Below are positions 18,113 through 26,096 of a DNA stretch of 26,096 nucleotides, piece after piece. Every line of letters starts with the position of its first letter. Within the stretch, counting starts at the first letter, position 1. Source of the stretch: an uncultured bacterium. GTDB lineage: Bacteria > Zixibacteria > MSB-5A5 > UBA10806. The translations under genes were made by a program, and so were the position numbers. The notes under the pieces were generated by a model. It searched no databases, was not told the DNA's origin, and saw only the letters and a program-made list of their open reading frames with translations. The stretch covers positions 1 through 26,096 of the forward strand of contig CBEUCH010000027.1 of the NCBI GenBank assembly GCA_965541585.1. Reading direction: 5' to 3'.

Positions 18113-18142
18113 TTGACAATTTCAATAGGCCGATCCCATAAT
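18113..18142 (+). promoter_or_regulatory. sigma70 promoter, probably leaderless transcript
   Basis: TTGACA-18bp-CATAAT-8nt-ATG(18151); no SD. Confidence 0.6.
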
Positions 18143-18150
18143 CGCTGGGT

Positions 18151-20472
18151 ATGGAATTCTGGTTATTCTTATCAGTTGGCCTGTTTCTATCGGTAGTAAT
18201 CTATGCCGGAGCCGGCCATCAGGCCAGGAGGCTCTTTTTCTATACATTCTGGTTTATAGGAAATCTCGGCTTGGGGGGAGCGATATTTCTATATCTATCG
18301 GTTCCGCTTTTCGATCAGGACTTACAATACCTGCCTTATTATAAGATTTCGCTTGCAGTCGGAATGGTTTGGTTAATAGCGAGCCAGGTATCGGCCTTTA
18401 TCACCGGGAAATCGGCGCTGTATATCCAGCTTGGCGAGGAGAGGCAACAGCGGGCGATCAGCGAAATAACCCAGGTGGCGGTCTCCAGCACCAGTTTGAT
18501 GGAGCTTCTGAATTTTACGCTGGATAAAATAGTCAGCATGCTGGAGATGTCCGGCGGGGCGATACATATCCTCCACCGGGCCAGGCAGAATCTGGTTCTG
18601 GGTTCATATAAGGGATTGACTGCCAGGCTGGCGCGACGGTTGGAGACGGTCGAATTCGGGGAAACAGCCATAGGCCGGACGGCCAGGAATAAACGGCTTC
18701 TGATCATACGCAATATCCGCCTGAGCCCCGATTTTGAATTCTTCGGGGGAAAAACAGAGGGCTTTTCCTATATGGCCTTGATCCCCGTTATTTCAGAGGG
18801 CGAGCACTGGGGAGTCATCTCGCTTCTGGGAAAGGGCGGGTATCGTGCGGGATTGTTGCAGGTGGATCTGCTGGAGCAGTTCGGCGAGCAGTTGGGAGCC
18901 GCGCTTGTCCTGGGCCGCCGGATGCGAGCCACGCAATCATCTGTGGAGAATATGCGCTCTCTTTTGAGTTCTCTGGGAGATGAACTTTATATTAGCTCGA
19001 AGTTTCGACGGGCCGGTGGAGGTGTGGCCCGGGCCGTGGCCTGGTCGCTGACTCGCATCGTAGACGGCGACCGTTTCGATCTCTGCTATTGCACCGGCAA
19101 AACCTGGGAGATCGGTCTGTCATCGGAACCCGATGCGAATGGGCAGACTTTATCGCTGAATCCCGAGGCGAAATTCGATGCCGATTCCGGGCCGTCGGGC
19201 ATAATCGGCTGGGATCAGCCGCCGCCTTTCAAAGAGTTCATGGATCGCCGCCCCTATGTCTTCTGCTCCCTCGAGGGCAACGGGGTCTGGGTATTTGTGA
19301 GACTTGAAAGCCGCCGCAGACCATCTGTGGATTTTGATTTCTTCTATAACGTCTGTCGTATCATTCACGGACTCTTGCTCAGGTCGGGCGCTGAGCCCCC
19401 GGAGAGAAAAGAGCCTGCAGGGAAATTGAAGCCTTCGAGCAAAGCAGATCATGAGGGTCTGCAGAACGCAGATGCGGCCGAGATAATCGAAGCTACATTC
19501 GGGCAGATTTCCGGCGATCTCGAACGGCTTATAAAAGAGTATTCGAAATCGAACGAGGATACGGAGCTAAAGGGCCTTATAGGGTGGCTGGAGGTCATTC
19601 AACGATCGGCCTCCGAGGGCGCGGACTTGAGTCATTCGCTTCTCGAAGCTGCCGAATCGGCGCATGAGAAGCCGGACGATCTCAACAGCATAGTGCGCGA
19701 GGCGATAGATAACATCTCCCGATCCGATGCCGATTTGCCGAGGATCAAATTTAGGAGAGGAAAAAAGAGAATAGAAATAGCATATCCCAGGGAGAAAATC
19801 AGCGATATCGTACGGCGTTTTCTTATTATGGCTGCCGGCGAGGCAGGACAGAATGGTGTATTGAAGCTTACTGCATCGGGCGAGGATAGAGAGATCCGCC
19901 TGGAGGTGGAGGGGGAAAAACTCTCGCCGGCTGCTGAGGGTGACGATAAACCATCGTGGCTCGGTGAGGTTAATGGCAGGTTGGAATTCGCCCGCATGGA
20001 AGATTCGGATCTGGGTACGAGGGATAGGTGGCGGTTGATAATGCCTCTTGAAAAAATGACAGCTGAAGCTGAAGCCGTGGAACGCCGACAACTGAGGGTG
20101 CTGGCGGTGGATAGTCAGGATGTGATCAGGGATCTTCTCACCGGTATGCTGACCAATATGGGTTATGACTCCACCGTGGTGGAAAACTCCGCCAGGGCCC
20201 TAACGACCTTCAAAAAGGCGCTCAAGACCGGCAAGCAATTCGATGTAGTCATCGCCGATAATGCTCTTGAGGATATCTCCGGGCTGGAGCTGGCCTCCCG
20301 GATGAAAACGCTCGACCCGGATACGAATTTCATTCTCATATCAGGCTGGGAGCCGGAGCCCGATCCGGAGGAGATCGAAAAATACGGCATCAGTATGACT
20401 CTCAAAAAACCGTTCAGGATCGAGCAGTTGTCCGAGGCCATGGATAAGGTGACAGGAACAGCGCCTGAATGA
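18151..20472 (+). CDS. Membrane-bound GAF domain / degenerate kinase-like / C-terminal receiver protein
   Basis: Three N-terminal hydrophobic helices; GAF (GETAIGRTA..LIPVI..WGVISL); REC (VLAVDS, FDVVIAD, SGLELA, LISGW, KKPF). Confidence 0.85.
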   Translation: MEFWLFLSVGLFLSVVIYAGAGHQARRLFFYTFWFIGNLGLGGAIFLYLSVPLFDQDLQYLPYYKISLAVGMVWLIASQVSAFITGKSALYIQLGEERQQRAISEITQVAVSSTSLMELLNFTLDKIVSMLEMSGGAIHILHRARQNLVLGSYKGLTARLARRLETVEFGETAIGRTARNKRLLIIRNIRLSPDFEFFGGKTEGFSYMALIPVISEGEHWGVISLLGKGGYRAGLLQVDLLEQFGEQLGAALVLGRRMRATQSSVENMRSLLSSLGDELYISSKFRRAGGGVARAVAWSLTRIVDGDRFDLCYCTGKTWEIGLSSEPDANGQTLSLNPEAKFDADSGPSGIIGWDQPPPFKEFMDRRPYVFCSLEGNGVWVFVRLESRRRPSVDFDFFYNVCRIIHGLLLRSGAEPPERKEPAGKLKPSSKADHEGLQNADAAEIIEATFGQISGDLERLIKEYSKSNEDTELKGLIGWLEVIQRSASEGADLSHSLLEAAESAHEKPDDLNSIVREAIDNISRSDADLPRIKFRRGKKRIEIAYPREKISDIVRRFLIMAAGEAGQNGVLKLTASGEDREIRLEVEGEKLSPAAEGDDKPSWLGEVNGRLEFARMEDSDLGTRDRWRLIMPLEKMTAEAEAVERRQLRVLAVDSQDVIRDLLTGMLTNMGYDSTVVENSARALTTFKKALKTGKQFDVVIADNALEDISGLELASRMKTLDPDTNFILISGWEPEPDPEEIEKYGISMTLKKPFRIEQLSEAMDKVTGTAPE

Positions 20473-20879
20473 AGTATTCATACCGGACCTCCTGGAGGGT
20501 TCGCTTCAATGAGGTCGATCTCCAGGGGGTCGTTCACCATACACAGATCGTAACATATCTCGAGATAGCCCGCGTAGAGTTCTGGCGGGCACTCGGTATA
20601 TCCTACAGAACAATGCGGGACGAGGGGTACGAATTTATCATAAATAATATTAAGGTGGAATATAAGAAGCCGTTGAAATTCGATGAGATAATCGAGGTTG
20701 CCGTAGGAGTCAAGGGCATCGCCCGCGCCAGCTTTATACTCGGTTATGAGATCAGAAGCGAAAATGGCGAAGTCGCCATCAAAGCGGAGGCCGGCCTTTT
20801 ATGTTCCAGAGTGGGAACCGGCAAACCGGCGGCCCTGCCGAAGAAATATTTAGACCGACTGAAAAATCCCGATTTATAG
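20469..20879 (+). CDS. Acyl-CoA thioesterase, YbgC/4HBT hot-dog family
   Basis: RVRFNEVDLQGVVHH..YLEIAR; Y.KPLKFDE; ATGA overlap with the upstream gene. Confidence 0.9.
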   Translation: MKYSYRTSWRVRFNEVDLQGVVHHTQIVTYLEIARVEFWRALGISYRTMRDEGYEFIINNIKVEYKKPLKFDEIIEVAVGVKGIARASFILGYEIRSENGEVAIKAEAGLLCSRVGTGKPAALPKKYLDRLKNPDL

Positions 20880-20882
20880 ATT

Positions 20883-20926
20883 GTATGTCGGGTTCCTACG
20901 GGTCCGTAGGACTTGTCTCCCGACAA
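20883..20926. repeat. REP-like hairpin, copy 1
   Basis: GTAT-GTCGGG-T-TCCTACG/CGTAGGA...CCCGAC-AA. Confidence 0.45.
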
Positions 20927-20958
20927 GGAACAGAGGATAGAACCGCGCAGAATAGATA

Positions 20959-20989
20959 TTGACAATCTGCGCAACTTTTCTATTATAAT
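20959..20989 (+). promoter_or_regulatory. sigma70 promoter of tRNA-Pro
   Basis: TTGACA (20959-20964) followed by overlapping TATTAT/TATAAT (20981-20989). Confidence 0.7.
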
Positions 20990-21050
20990 GATGTCACCTT
21001 TCTGAGTGGCATGCTTTTCCCGATCCCCCCGGGACAGGCAAGAGGTTATG

Positions 21051-21124
21051 CGGGGCGTAGCGCAGCCTGGTAGCGCACACGGTTCGGGTCCGTGGAGTCG
21101 GAGGTTCGAATCCTCTCGCCCCGA
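21051..21124 (+). tRNA. tRNA-Pro (anticodon CGG), CCA not encoded
   Basis: Acceptor CGGGGCG/CGCCCCG; D-arm GCGC/GCGC; anticodon arm CACGG-TTCGGGT-CCGTG; GGTTCGAATCC; discriminator A. Confidence 0.96.
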
Positions 21125-21163
21125 TTTATATGCGAAGTACAATATCTTTATTCTGAGCGTTCA

Positions 21164-21208
21164 GCAGGTCGGGTTCCGATCCCGCAAGGCGGGAGAGAAA
21201 CCCGACAA
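21164..21208. repeat. REP-like hairpin, copy 2 (may also act in tRNA transcript termination or processing)
   Basis: GCAG-GTCGGGTT...TCCCGC-AAG-GCGGGA...AACCCGAC-AA. Confidence 0.5.
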
Positions 21209-21301
21209 TTCCTCCGGATTCCTTCGTTCACGGGATTGAAAACAGGGATTGGACCATTTCCGATTGACATATCTTCCTGCAAATAATAGACCACAGGCCA
21301 T

Positions 21302-22090
21302 ATGGAATACGCGGTAATAATCACCGTCGCTCTTATAGTCTCGACGCTCACGCTCTTTTCCGGTTTCGGGCTGGGGACGATGCTGATGCCGGTATTCGCC
21401 TTGTTTTTCCCGATCGAGGTGGCAATTGCGGCCACTGCTATTGTGCATCTGGCCAACCATCTCTTCAAGGTCGTCCTGATAGGGAAGAGGGCAGATTTTG
21501 GTATCGTGGCGCGATTCGCAATTCCAGCGGCGGCATTTGCCGCTTTCGGCGCTTATCTGCTGTCATCGTTTTCGGGGATACCCCCGATCAGCAGCTACAC
21601 TCTTTTTGGCCGGGAATGCGAGGTAAGCGCAATCAAATTGATAATAGCATGTCTGATCGCATTCTTTGCCGTTTTCGATCTGCTCCCGCAGCTCGCTAAA
21701 ATATCGTTCGGCAGAAAATGGATTCCTTTTGGCGGCATGTTATCCGGCTTTTTCGGCGGCCTGTCGGGGCACCAGGGGGCGCTTCGAACCGCCTTTCTGA
21801 TAAAGGCTGTTAAACAGAAAGAAGTGTTCATAGGCACGGTCGTGGTTTCCGCAGTTGTGGTCGATATCACCCGGCTGATAGTTTATGGGGCCTCGTTCTT
21901 TTCTCGCCATCTCGCCTCTGTCGAGAGCGGCGGGCTGCCGGGCCTGGTGATAGCCGGAATGCTCGCGGCTTGGCTGGGTTCTTTTATAGGCGTGCGGCTG
22001 CTCAAAAAAGTCACCATGAAGGGGATACAGATAATTGTGGGGATTCTTTTGCTCTTGGTGGCGATCAGTTTGGGTATTGGGCTAATTTAA
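21302..22090 (+). CDS. Sulfite exporter TauE/SafE (TSUP) family membrane protein
   Basis: SGFGLGTMLMP and GFFGGLSGHQG repeat motifs; about 8 hydrophobic segments. Confidence 0.88.
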   Translation: MEYAVIITVALIVSTLTLFSGFGLGTMLMPVFALFFPIEVAIAATAIVHLANHLFKVVLIGKRADFGIVARFAIPAAAFAAFGAYLLSSFSGIPPISSYTLFGRECEVSAIKLIIACLIAFFAVFDLLPQLAKISFGRKWIPFGGMLSGFFGGLSGHQGALRTAFLIKAVKQKEVFIGTVVVSAVVVDITRLIVYGASFFSRHLASVESGGLPGLVIAGMLAAWLGSFIGVRLLKKVTMKGIQIIVGILLLLVAISLGIGLI

Positions 22091-22127
22091 TCTGAGGCCT
22101 GGATATAGCCCCGTTCAGAAAAGCTTC

Positions 22128-22817
22128 CTAGAAATGATAAGCTATAGCTAGGCCGAACTCTTTTCCGCCAAGATTGATTGAATTATGTTCATGGCGAAAG
22201 CTGAAACTACGATCTTCATATTGATATCGAGTTGTGAGATCGATATCTGCTGGTATATATGTAAAAGCTATTTCTGAGGCCAGGTATATATTATGATAGA
22301 TATTGACTTTAAAGCCCGTTAAAAAATGAACCCCCCAACCTAAAGTTGATTTTCTTGTTTCTTTATCAAGATAATAATAAAAATTGTCCAGAGAATCACC
22401 GCGATACAAATGTCTTTCTTTCCAGTCCGTATAATAGAAGCCCCCACCCATACCGAAATAAATATTTGATTTGGAGTTTTGAGAGCTCAGGAAAGTTCTC
22501 AGCGTCAAGCGCGAGTAATAGATTCTTAAATAGTTGTTTGTGAGTGAAATGTATGCAATATCCGTACCATAATAATTTCTATCCGGATATATTATGTATC
22601 CGAGATCGATGTCGTACCCAACGTTACTCTTCCGTGTTCCGCCGTTGATTGAAAATCCATAACCGTTCCCGAATTTTTCAGATATTAATTCATGGCTGGA
22701 AATAGCGAATCCGCTCCTTATTGAAATGCTGAATCTTTCTTCATCGGCAAGTACAGGGGGACAAATGGATGAAGAAAAAACCAATAGGTATAGGAGATAT
22801 TTAGAGCAGTAGATCAT
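22128..22817 (-). CDS. Outer-membrane beta-barrel protein (small OmpW/OmpA-like)
   Basis: Signal peptide; amphipathic strands; IYFGMGGGFY; INLGG..GLAIAYHF terminal aromatic beta-signal. Confidence 0.75.
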   Translation of the reverse strand: MIYCSKYLLYLLVFSSSICPPVLADEERFSISIRSGFAISSHELISEKFGNGYGFSINGGTRKSNVGYDIDLGYIIYPDRNYYGTDIAYISLTNNYLRIYYSRLTLRTFLSSQNSKSNIYFGMGGGFYYTDWKERHLYRGDSLDNFYYYLDKETRKSTLGWGVHFLTGFKVNIYHNIYLASEIAFTYIPADIDLTTRYQYEDRSFSFRHEHNSINLGGKEFGLAIAYHF

Positions 22818-23536
22818 AATCGGTATGAGAAGCCAATTCGAAATGAACTTCCGCCGATGTTAAGCCGGCTCCGGTGGGCTAAATAATTTGCCTGTACGCC
22901 GTAACTGACTCGATTCAATTCTAAATCCCAATTGCTTTTTATATAGCTGTAACTATATTCATAATCTATGAAAAACATCTTGTACAGTGGATAACTGGCC
23001 CCCACCAGGAAACTGAAACCCAGAGGGTTTTCGGATCCTTTATAAAGGTACAGAGTTTCTCGGGACCATTCTCGCCGAAACGATCTCTCTTCCCATCTCG
23101 ATATATAAATTCCCACACCGAGACCTGCATAGGGTGTGACCCTGGAACCGGGGAGGGACAGACGCCGCAATATGCTGAGATTCACAGGGTATATTCTCAA
23201 GCTGTTATCATATTCCTTAAGAGAGTTTGTGCCTTCAAGCCTTGATGAACGACTGCCAAGAGTTCTTATGCCTGATTCGATTCTAAAGACCCAATCGGAA
23301 ATGCTGTAGCTCGTATAAAACATAAAGTCATATCCATCTCCGAAACGATAGGCGTAGATATCCGAAACTCTACCGTCGCTGGAGTATAGCACGTCTTCTC
23401 TTCCCCTGATTTCGGAGTCCTCCGGAACGAAAAGGCCGGTCCTTATCCCGAAATCAAAAGATCCCTCTGCCTTAGAGAAGTCGTGGTTTATAAATACAGA
23501 AATGAGTATAACGACCACAGATATTCTGAGCTTCAC
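22814..23536 (-). CDS. Outer-membrane beta-barrel protein (small OmpW/OmpA-like)
   Basis: GTG start with AGGAG SD; signal peptide; TPYAGLGVGIY; LNIGG..RIGFSYRL; ATGA overlap with the downstream paralog. Confidence 0.8.
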   Translation of the reverse strand: MKLRISVVVILISVFINHDFSKAEGSFDFGIRTGLFVPEDSEIRGREDVLYSSDGRVSDIYAYRFGDGYDFMFYTSYSISDWVFRIESGIRTLGSRSSRLEGTNSLKEYDNSLRIYPVNLSILRRLSLPGSRVTPYAGLGVGIYISRWEERSFRREWSRETLYLYKGSENPLGFSFLVGASYPLYKMFFIDYEYSYSYIKSNWDLELNRVSYGVQANYLAHRSRLNIGGSSFRIGFSYRL

Positions 23537-23685
23537 AAGAATTTACTCCTTCATTTGCCAATATGTCGTGTTACCGGCTAAAGGTCAACGGAATTTTCGA
23601 AGGTCCTTTTGGATTTATCTAAGGTAATGGGTTTAATTTCCCTTTCCAATTGACATATCTGAACTTCTCATATTAAATCATCATT

Positions 23686-24132
23686 GTGCGAAAGATAATC
23701 GGAGTTATCGGCGGCTCGGCGGTGGATCAGACGGCTTTCGAGACCGCGTATGAGGTCGGCAAGTTGATGGCAAAAGCCGGCGCGATCCTCGTCTGCGGAG
23801 GGCTTACCGGCGTTATGGAAGCGGCCTGTAAAGGTGCGAAAGAGGCCGGCGGAACCACCATCGGCATATTACCCGGCCTGCATATTGATGATGCCAACCC
23901 CTATGTCGAAATCCCGATCGCCACCGGCCTGGGACACGGCCGAAACCTGACAATCATAAATACTGCACAGGCGATTATTGCCATCTCCGGGCGTTACGGG
24001 ACTCTCTCGGAGATAGGATTCGCGTTGCAATCCGGCAAGCCTGTCTACGGCCTGGGAACCTGGGATATCGATGGCGTGCAGGCCTGTGACTCGCCCGAAG
24101 AGGCCGTAACCAAGTCGTTGGAGAGTAGATAG
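23686..24132 (+). CDS. TIGR00725 family LOG/SLOG-like nucleotide-binding protein
   Basis: IGVIGG, CGGLTGVMEAACKGA, IGILP, TGLGHGRN, GTLSE. Confidence 0.9.
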   Translation: MRKIIGVIGGSAVDQTAFETAYEVGKLMAKAGAILVCGGLTGVMEAACKGAKEAGGTTIGILPGLHIDDANPYVEIPIATGLGHGRNLTIINTAQAIIAISGRYGTLSEIGFALQSGKPVYGLGTWDIDGVQACDSPEEAVTKSLESR

Positions 24133-24417
24133 ATGGCCGGACAATCTAAAGGAATACATTTAATCGTTTCCGGCGTTGTACAGGGTGTGGGATTCCGATG
24201 GTATGTTGAGAGGATAGCTAAGAAGCTGGGGCTGGCAGGCAATGTCAGGAATCTCTACGATGGCTCTGTTGAAGCCTACGCTGAAGGGGAGGAGGATGCT
24301 CTCAAAGCATTCTACAAAGAGATCAAGGTCGGGCCCAGATCGGCACATGTGACAGGCGTTAGAGTGGATTGGAAGGATTACACTGGAGACTTTAAAGATT
24401 TCAGGATTGAACTATGA
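24133..24417 (+). CDS. acyP: Acylphosphatase
   Basis: SGVVQGVGFR; G.VRNL.DGSVE; GP..A.V. Confidence 0.95.
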   Translation: MAGQSKGIHLIVSGVVQGVGFRWYVERIAKKLGLAGNVRNLYDGSVEAYAEGEEDALKAFYKEIKVGPRSAHVTGVRVDWKDYTGDFKDFRIEL

Positions 24418-24944
24418 AATTAGATGATCTAAAAAGTAAAATCAGAGATGTTCCGGATTTTCCCATCAAGGGGATCTTGTTCAGGGATATCACAACGCTT
24501 CTGGAGGATACAGAGGCATTCAAATTCGTTATAGATCACATGTATGATCGTTACAGGGACAAAAAGATCGACCGGGTGGTGGCGATAGAGGCACGAGGTT
24601 TCATCTTCGGTGGTGCGCTGGCCGATCGCCTCGGCTGCGGTTTCGTCCCCGCCAGGAAGGCCGGGAAACTCCCCGCGGACACTGTAGAGGAGTCGTATTC
24701 GCTCGAATATGGCACCGCCACGCTGCAGCTGCATGCCGACGCTATCGAGAAAGGGCAGAGGATACTAATTTTCGATGATCTCTTAGCCACCGGCGGAACT
24801 TTGGCTGCCACCGCTAAGATGGTCGAACAACTGGGCGGAGAGATTGTCGAAATCGCAGTGCTGATAGAACTAAGCTTCTTGAAGGGAAGAGAGTATCTGA
24901 AGGACTATTCGCTTTACTCCATGGTGGAATACGAGACGGAATAG
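24414..24944 (+). CDS. apt: Adenine phosphoribosyltransferase
   Basis: IRDVPDFP.KGILFRDITTL, IEARGF, RKAGKLP, YSLEYG, DDLLATGGT. Confidence 0.97.
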   Translation: MKLDDLKSKIRDVPDFPIKGILFRDITTLLEDTEAFKFVIDHMYDRYRDKKIDRVVAIEARGFIFGGALADRLGCGFVPARKAGKLPADTVEESYSLEYGTATLQLHADAIEKGQRILIFDDLLATGGTLAATAKMVEQLGGEIVEIAVLIELSFLKGREYLKDYSLYSMVEYETE

Positions 24945-25009
24945 CGAGGGTAAGGTTTGAGAAGCAGGCTCCGCTTTCGTAAGTAGACTGCAGAGAGCCG
25001 GTAAGAGAC

Positions 25010-26096
25010 ATGGAACACCCGTCATACTTAAAAGACCTCCTGATTATTCTGGGCGGTGCCCTGATCGTGGTGACGGCTCTCCGGAAATTGAGAATACCGT
25101 CCATAGCAGGTTTCATTCTGGCCGGGATACTGTTGGGCCCGCATGGATTGAGTCTGGTAAATGATCCTGACGAGGTTCAGCTTCTTGCGGAGATAGGTGT
25201 TGCCCTGTTGCTTTTCGGTATAGGTCTCGAGCTTTCGCTTGCCAAAATGCGCCGTCTATGGAAGCTCGCCGTTCTCGGAGGGATTCTTCAGGTTGTTTCA
25301 ACCATTCTCCTTACGTATCTGATTGCATCCCTGCTTGGCTATAAATCATCGACAGCCATCTTTCTGGGATTTCTGGTGTCGCTTTCCAGCACCGCTATAG
25401 TGCTTAAGGGTCTGGAAAGCAGGGGAGAGACGGATGCTCCTCACGGGCAGCTTACTCTGGGAATTTTGCTTTTTCAGGATCTGTCGGTCGTGCCTATGAT
25501 CCTGGTCATCCCAATCCTGGGAGCCGGCAGGGTTCCTTTTGCCGAGTTATTCCCCGCTATGGGCCGGGCCGTGATCATAATCGTGGCTATAATCGGCGCG
25601 GCTTACGTGGCCGTGCCCCGGATCCTGAAGATGGTGGCCGGATTGCGGCAACGGCATCTCTTTGTCCTGGCCGTCCTGGTCATTTCTATGGGGACCGCCT
25701 GGGCAATCTCCACGGCCGGAGTTTCCCTGGCAGTGGGAGCTTTCCTGGCCGGTCTGGTGGTTGCCGGAAGCGAATATCGGCACCAGGCATTCAGCGATAT
25801 GGTGCCCTTGAGAGATGTCTTCGCCAGCATCTTCTTTATTTCAATCGGTATGCTCCTGGATATTTCTATTGTGATAAGCAACATAGGATCCATTTTGCTG
25901 CTGCTGGCGGCCATAATGATCGGAAAATACTTCGTTGTCTTTCTGGCCGGTTTGACCATGCGGCTGCCAGCCAGGGTATCCGTACTGGCCGGCGTCTCGC
26001 TGGCGCAGATCGGTGAATTCGCTTTCGTTCTGGCGGCGGCCGCGCGCGGAACCGGCCTGCTTCCTGAAGTCGAGGGAAACAGGCTGATAGCAGCAG
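25010..26096 (+). CDS. Cation:proton antiporter CPA2 family (Kef-like), runs off the window end
   Basis: Own translation from ATG 25010: MEHPSYLKDLLIILG..PSIAGFILAGILLGP..AEIGVALLLFGIGLE..LSSTAIVLK..GILLFQD..LAQIGEFAFVLA; absent from the ORF track because there is no stop in the window. Confidence 0.92.
   Translation, partial: MEHPSYLKDLLIILGGALIVVTALRKLRIPSIAGFILAGILLGPHGLSLVNDPDEVQLLAEIGVALLLFGIGLELSLAKMRRLWKLAVLGGILQVVSTILLTYLIASLLGYKSSTAIFLGFLVSLSSTAIVLKGLESRGETDAPHGQLTLGILLFQDLSVVPMILVIPILGAGRVPFAELFPAMGRAVIIIVAIIGAAYVAVPRILKMVAGLRQRHLFVLAVLVISMGTAWAISTAGVSLAVGAFLAGLVVAGSEYRHQAFSDMVPLRDVFASIFFISIGMLLDISIVISNIGSILLLLAAIMIGKYFVVFLAGLTMRLPARVSVLAGVSLAQIGEFAFVLAAAARGTGLLPEVEGNRLIAA

Noticed and set aside
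118..21124. Genomic island or prophage integrated at a tRNA
   Set aside because: No integrase, transposase or phage gene, and I saw no repeat of either tRNA 3' end in the window
20744..21468. ORFs overlapping tRNA-Pro (20744..21142, 21006..21239, 21092..21286)
   Set aside because: Spurious translations of the tRNA and its flanking hairpins
549..25959. Many short antisense/overlapping ORFs in the track (e.g. 13712..14311, 4469..4987, 19567..20091, 25603..25959)
   Set aside because: They are shadows of well-supported genes, without recognisable motifs or translation signals

Overview
Bacterial chromosomal window. The secreted-protein style (LxQNYPNPFN C-terminal domains, dockerin-like GD..DV repeats, IPTL-CTERM tails) suggests an FCB-group lineage such as candidate Zixibacteria; this is inference. 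Contents in order: tRNA-Ser(UGA); a cysteine-synthase-family gene; an ~11 kb cluster of secreted/surface proteins using three different C-terminal tags (2x IPTL-CTERM, 2x T9SS/FlgD-like CTD, 1x dockerin-like); an ArsR/SmtB regulator with a P1B heavy-metal ATPase; two paralogous lipoproteins; a membrane GAF/degenerate-kinase/receiver protein; a thioesterase; tRNA-Pro(CGG); a TauE/SafE transporter; two small outer-membrane beta-barrels; TIGR00725-acyP-apt; and a CPA2 antiporter cut by the window end. The most interesting observations are: (1) two lipoproteins in which a ~100-aa type-IV-pilin-like head appears inserted inside an Fn3-like repeat; (2) a duplicated ~200-nt 5' leader before both CTD genes with three pairing-preserving stems and a sequestered SD/uORF, a candidate cis-regulatory RNA; (3) evidence of cassette-like passenger/tag shuffling; (4) a duplication scar leaving a promoter plus a 21-codon membrane peptide; (5) several probable leaderless genes. 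No mobile element, CRISPR array or integrase was seen.
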